NCBI GenBank assembly: GCA_043228905.1
Contig: JBHGNT010000002.1
Location: 14,508,001 to 14,572,000 of the forward strand
Reading direction: 5' to 3'
Source of the DNA: Azolla caroliniana
Lineage: Eukaryota; Plantae; Polypodiophyta
DNA length: 64,000 bases
The position numbers and the translations under genes are program-made. Position 1 is the first letter of the stretch, and every line of letters begins with the position of its first letter. Of this stretch, positions 63,298-64,000 are shown one piece after another. A model generated the notes under the pieces. That model did not search any database. It worked only from the letters and a program-made list of their open reading frames with translations, and was not told the origin of the DNA.

Positions 63298-63885
63298 CAT
63301 TCTTGGCAAGATGTATGGCACTCTGGCTGTCACAGTGAAGCAAGAACTCCCTCTGCTTCATCCCTAGCTCGTTGAGAAAATTTCTTATCCAATTCAGCTT
63401 TTTGCCGGCCTCTACCGCTGCCATATACTCTGCCTTTGTAGTCGACAAGGCTACAAACTTCTACAGTCGTGATTGCCACGACATTGCTCCCCCTCCATAG
63501 GTCATCATGTACCCTGACGTGGATCGACTTGAGTCTACATCTCCCGACATGTCTGAGTCGGTAAAACCTTCCAGCATAGGTTTTCCGACACCATACCCTA
63601 GGCACACCCCTGAGGTGCCTTTTAAGTACTTGAGTATAACAAGAGAATCAATAAGTCTCCTTCTTCGTACCTTTTGACGAACACACAATGATCGGCCTGT
63701 GTTTTCTGGAACTGATGTTTCATCATGAAGGACTCGAACTTCTTGTACCATACAAGCTTGTTTTAGACCGTAAAAGCTTTTCTTCAGTCGACACAACAGG
63801 TTCTCTTTCCCTTTCTCCTCAAAGCCTTTAGGTTGCTACATGTAGATTTCTTCTTCTAGCTCCCCGTGTAGGAATGCGGTTTTGA

Positions 63886-64000
63886 TGTTATACGTTTTAG
63901 GGTTAGGGTTAAGGACGATGATAATCATGATAAAGATAGACATGGTGGTTATGATGATGATGGAGAGTATGGGATTGATGGCGAGAGAGATCATGTGCAT
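63886..64000. mobile_element. Probable start of another insertion interrupting the RT of F
   Basis: RT homology (KTAFLHGELEEEIYM) stops abruptly and new sequence starts TGTTA; runs off the window. Confidence 0.4.

Larger units (their letters stand above)
35851..63885 (-). mobile_element. Old copia F, 3' part, split by the G+H compound (in its LTR) and by E (in RNaseH)
   Basis: LTR halves 35851-35972 and 57404-57843 rejoin as GAAAACC-ACGGGAG, the motif also present in the D/E LTRs. PPT 57845-57855. RH/RT relics 57856-58058 and 63298-63885. Confidence 0.75.

Noticed and set aside
63895-63911. Telomere or interstitial telomeric array (TTTTAGGGTTAGGGTT)
   Set aside because: Only about two units; such telo-box motifs are common in plant LTRs.

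Overview
Eukaryotic nuclear DNA from a TE-rich land plant (a fern is plausible; this is inference). It contains one intact host gene: EFL1/RIA1 (elongation factor-like GTPase, ~1064 aa, minus strand), in two exons (30289-30813, 15002-17671) split by a 12.6-kb intron filled with retrotransposon relics. Most of the rest is nested retrotransposons, many resolvable by LTR ends, PBS, PPT and target-site duplications (TSDs). Letters are my labels. Left nest (1-12023): copia A contains an inverted same-family copia B, which contains gypsy C and copia D. Intron nest: an old gypsy M contains copia L, which contains a solo LTR. Right nest (31571-64000): copia K has an RTEX-like LINE in its LTR microsatellite and contains copia F. 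F contains copia E and a 21.4-kb gypsy compound G+H, which itself holds copias J and I. Best leads: (1) G+H looks like a head-to-tail heterodimer of a gag-only gypsy and a pol-bearing gypsy, both tRNA-Trp primed, joined by a PBS stub and sharing one imperfect TSD; (2) a conserved hairpin brackets the PPT in three copia subfamilies, which also carry a duplicated PPT; (3) two copias independently lack RT-RNaseH; (4) A and B form a natural inverted repeat; (5) copia L has TG...TA ends; (6) D and E are a mosaic pair. No prokaryotic-type system, CRISPR array or RNA gene was seen. All coordinates were read by eye.
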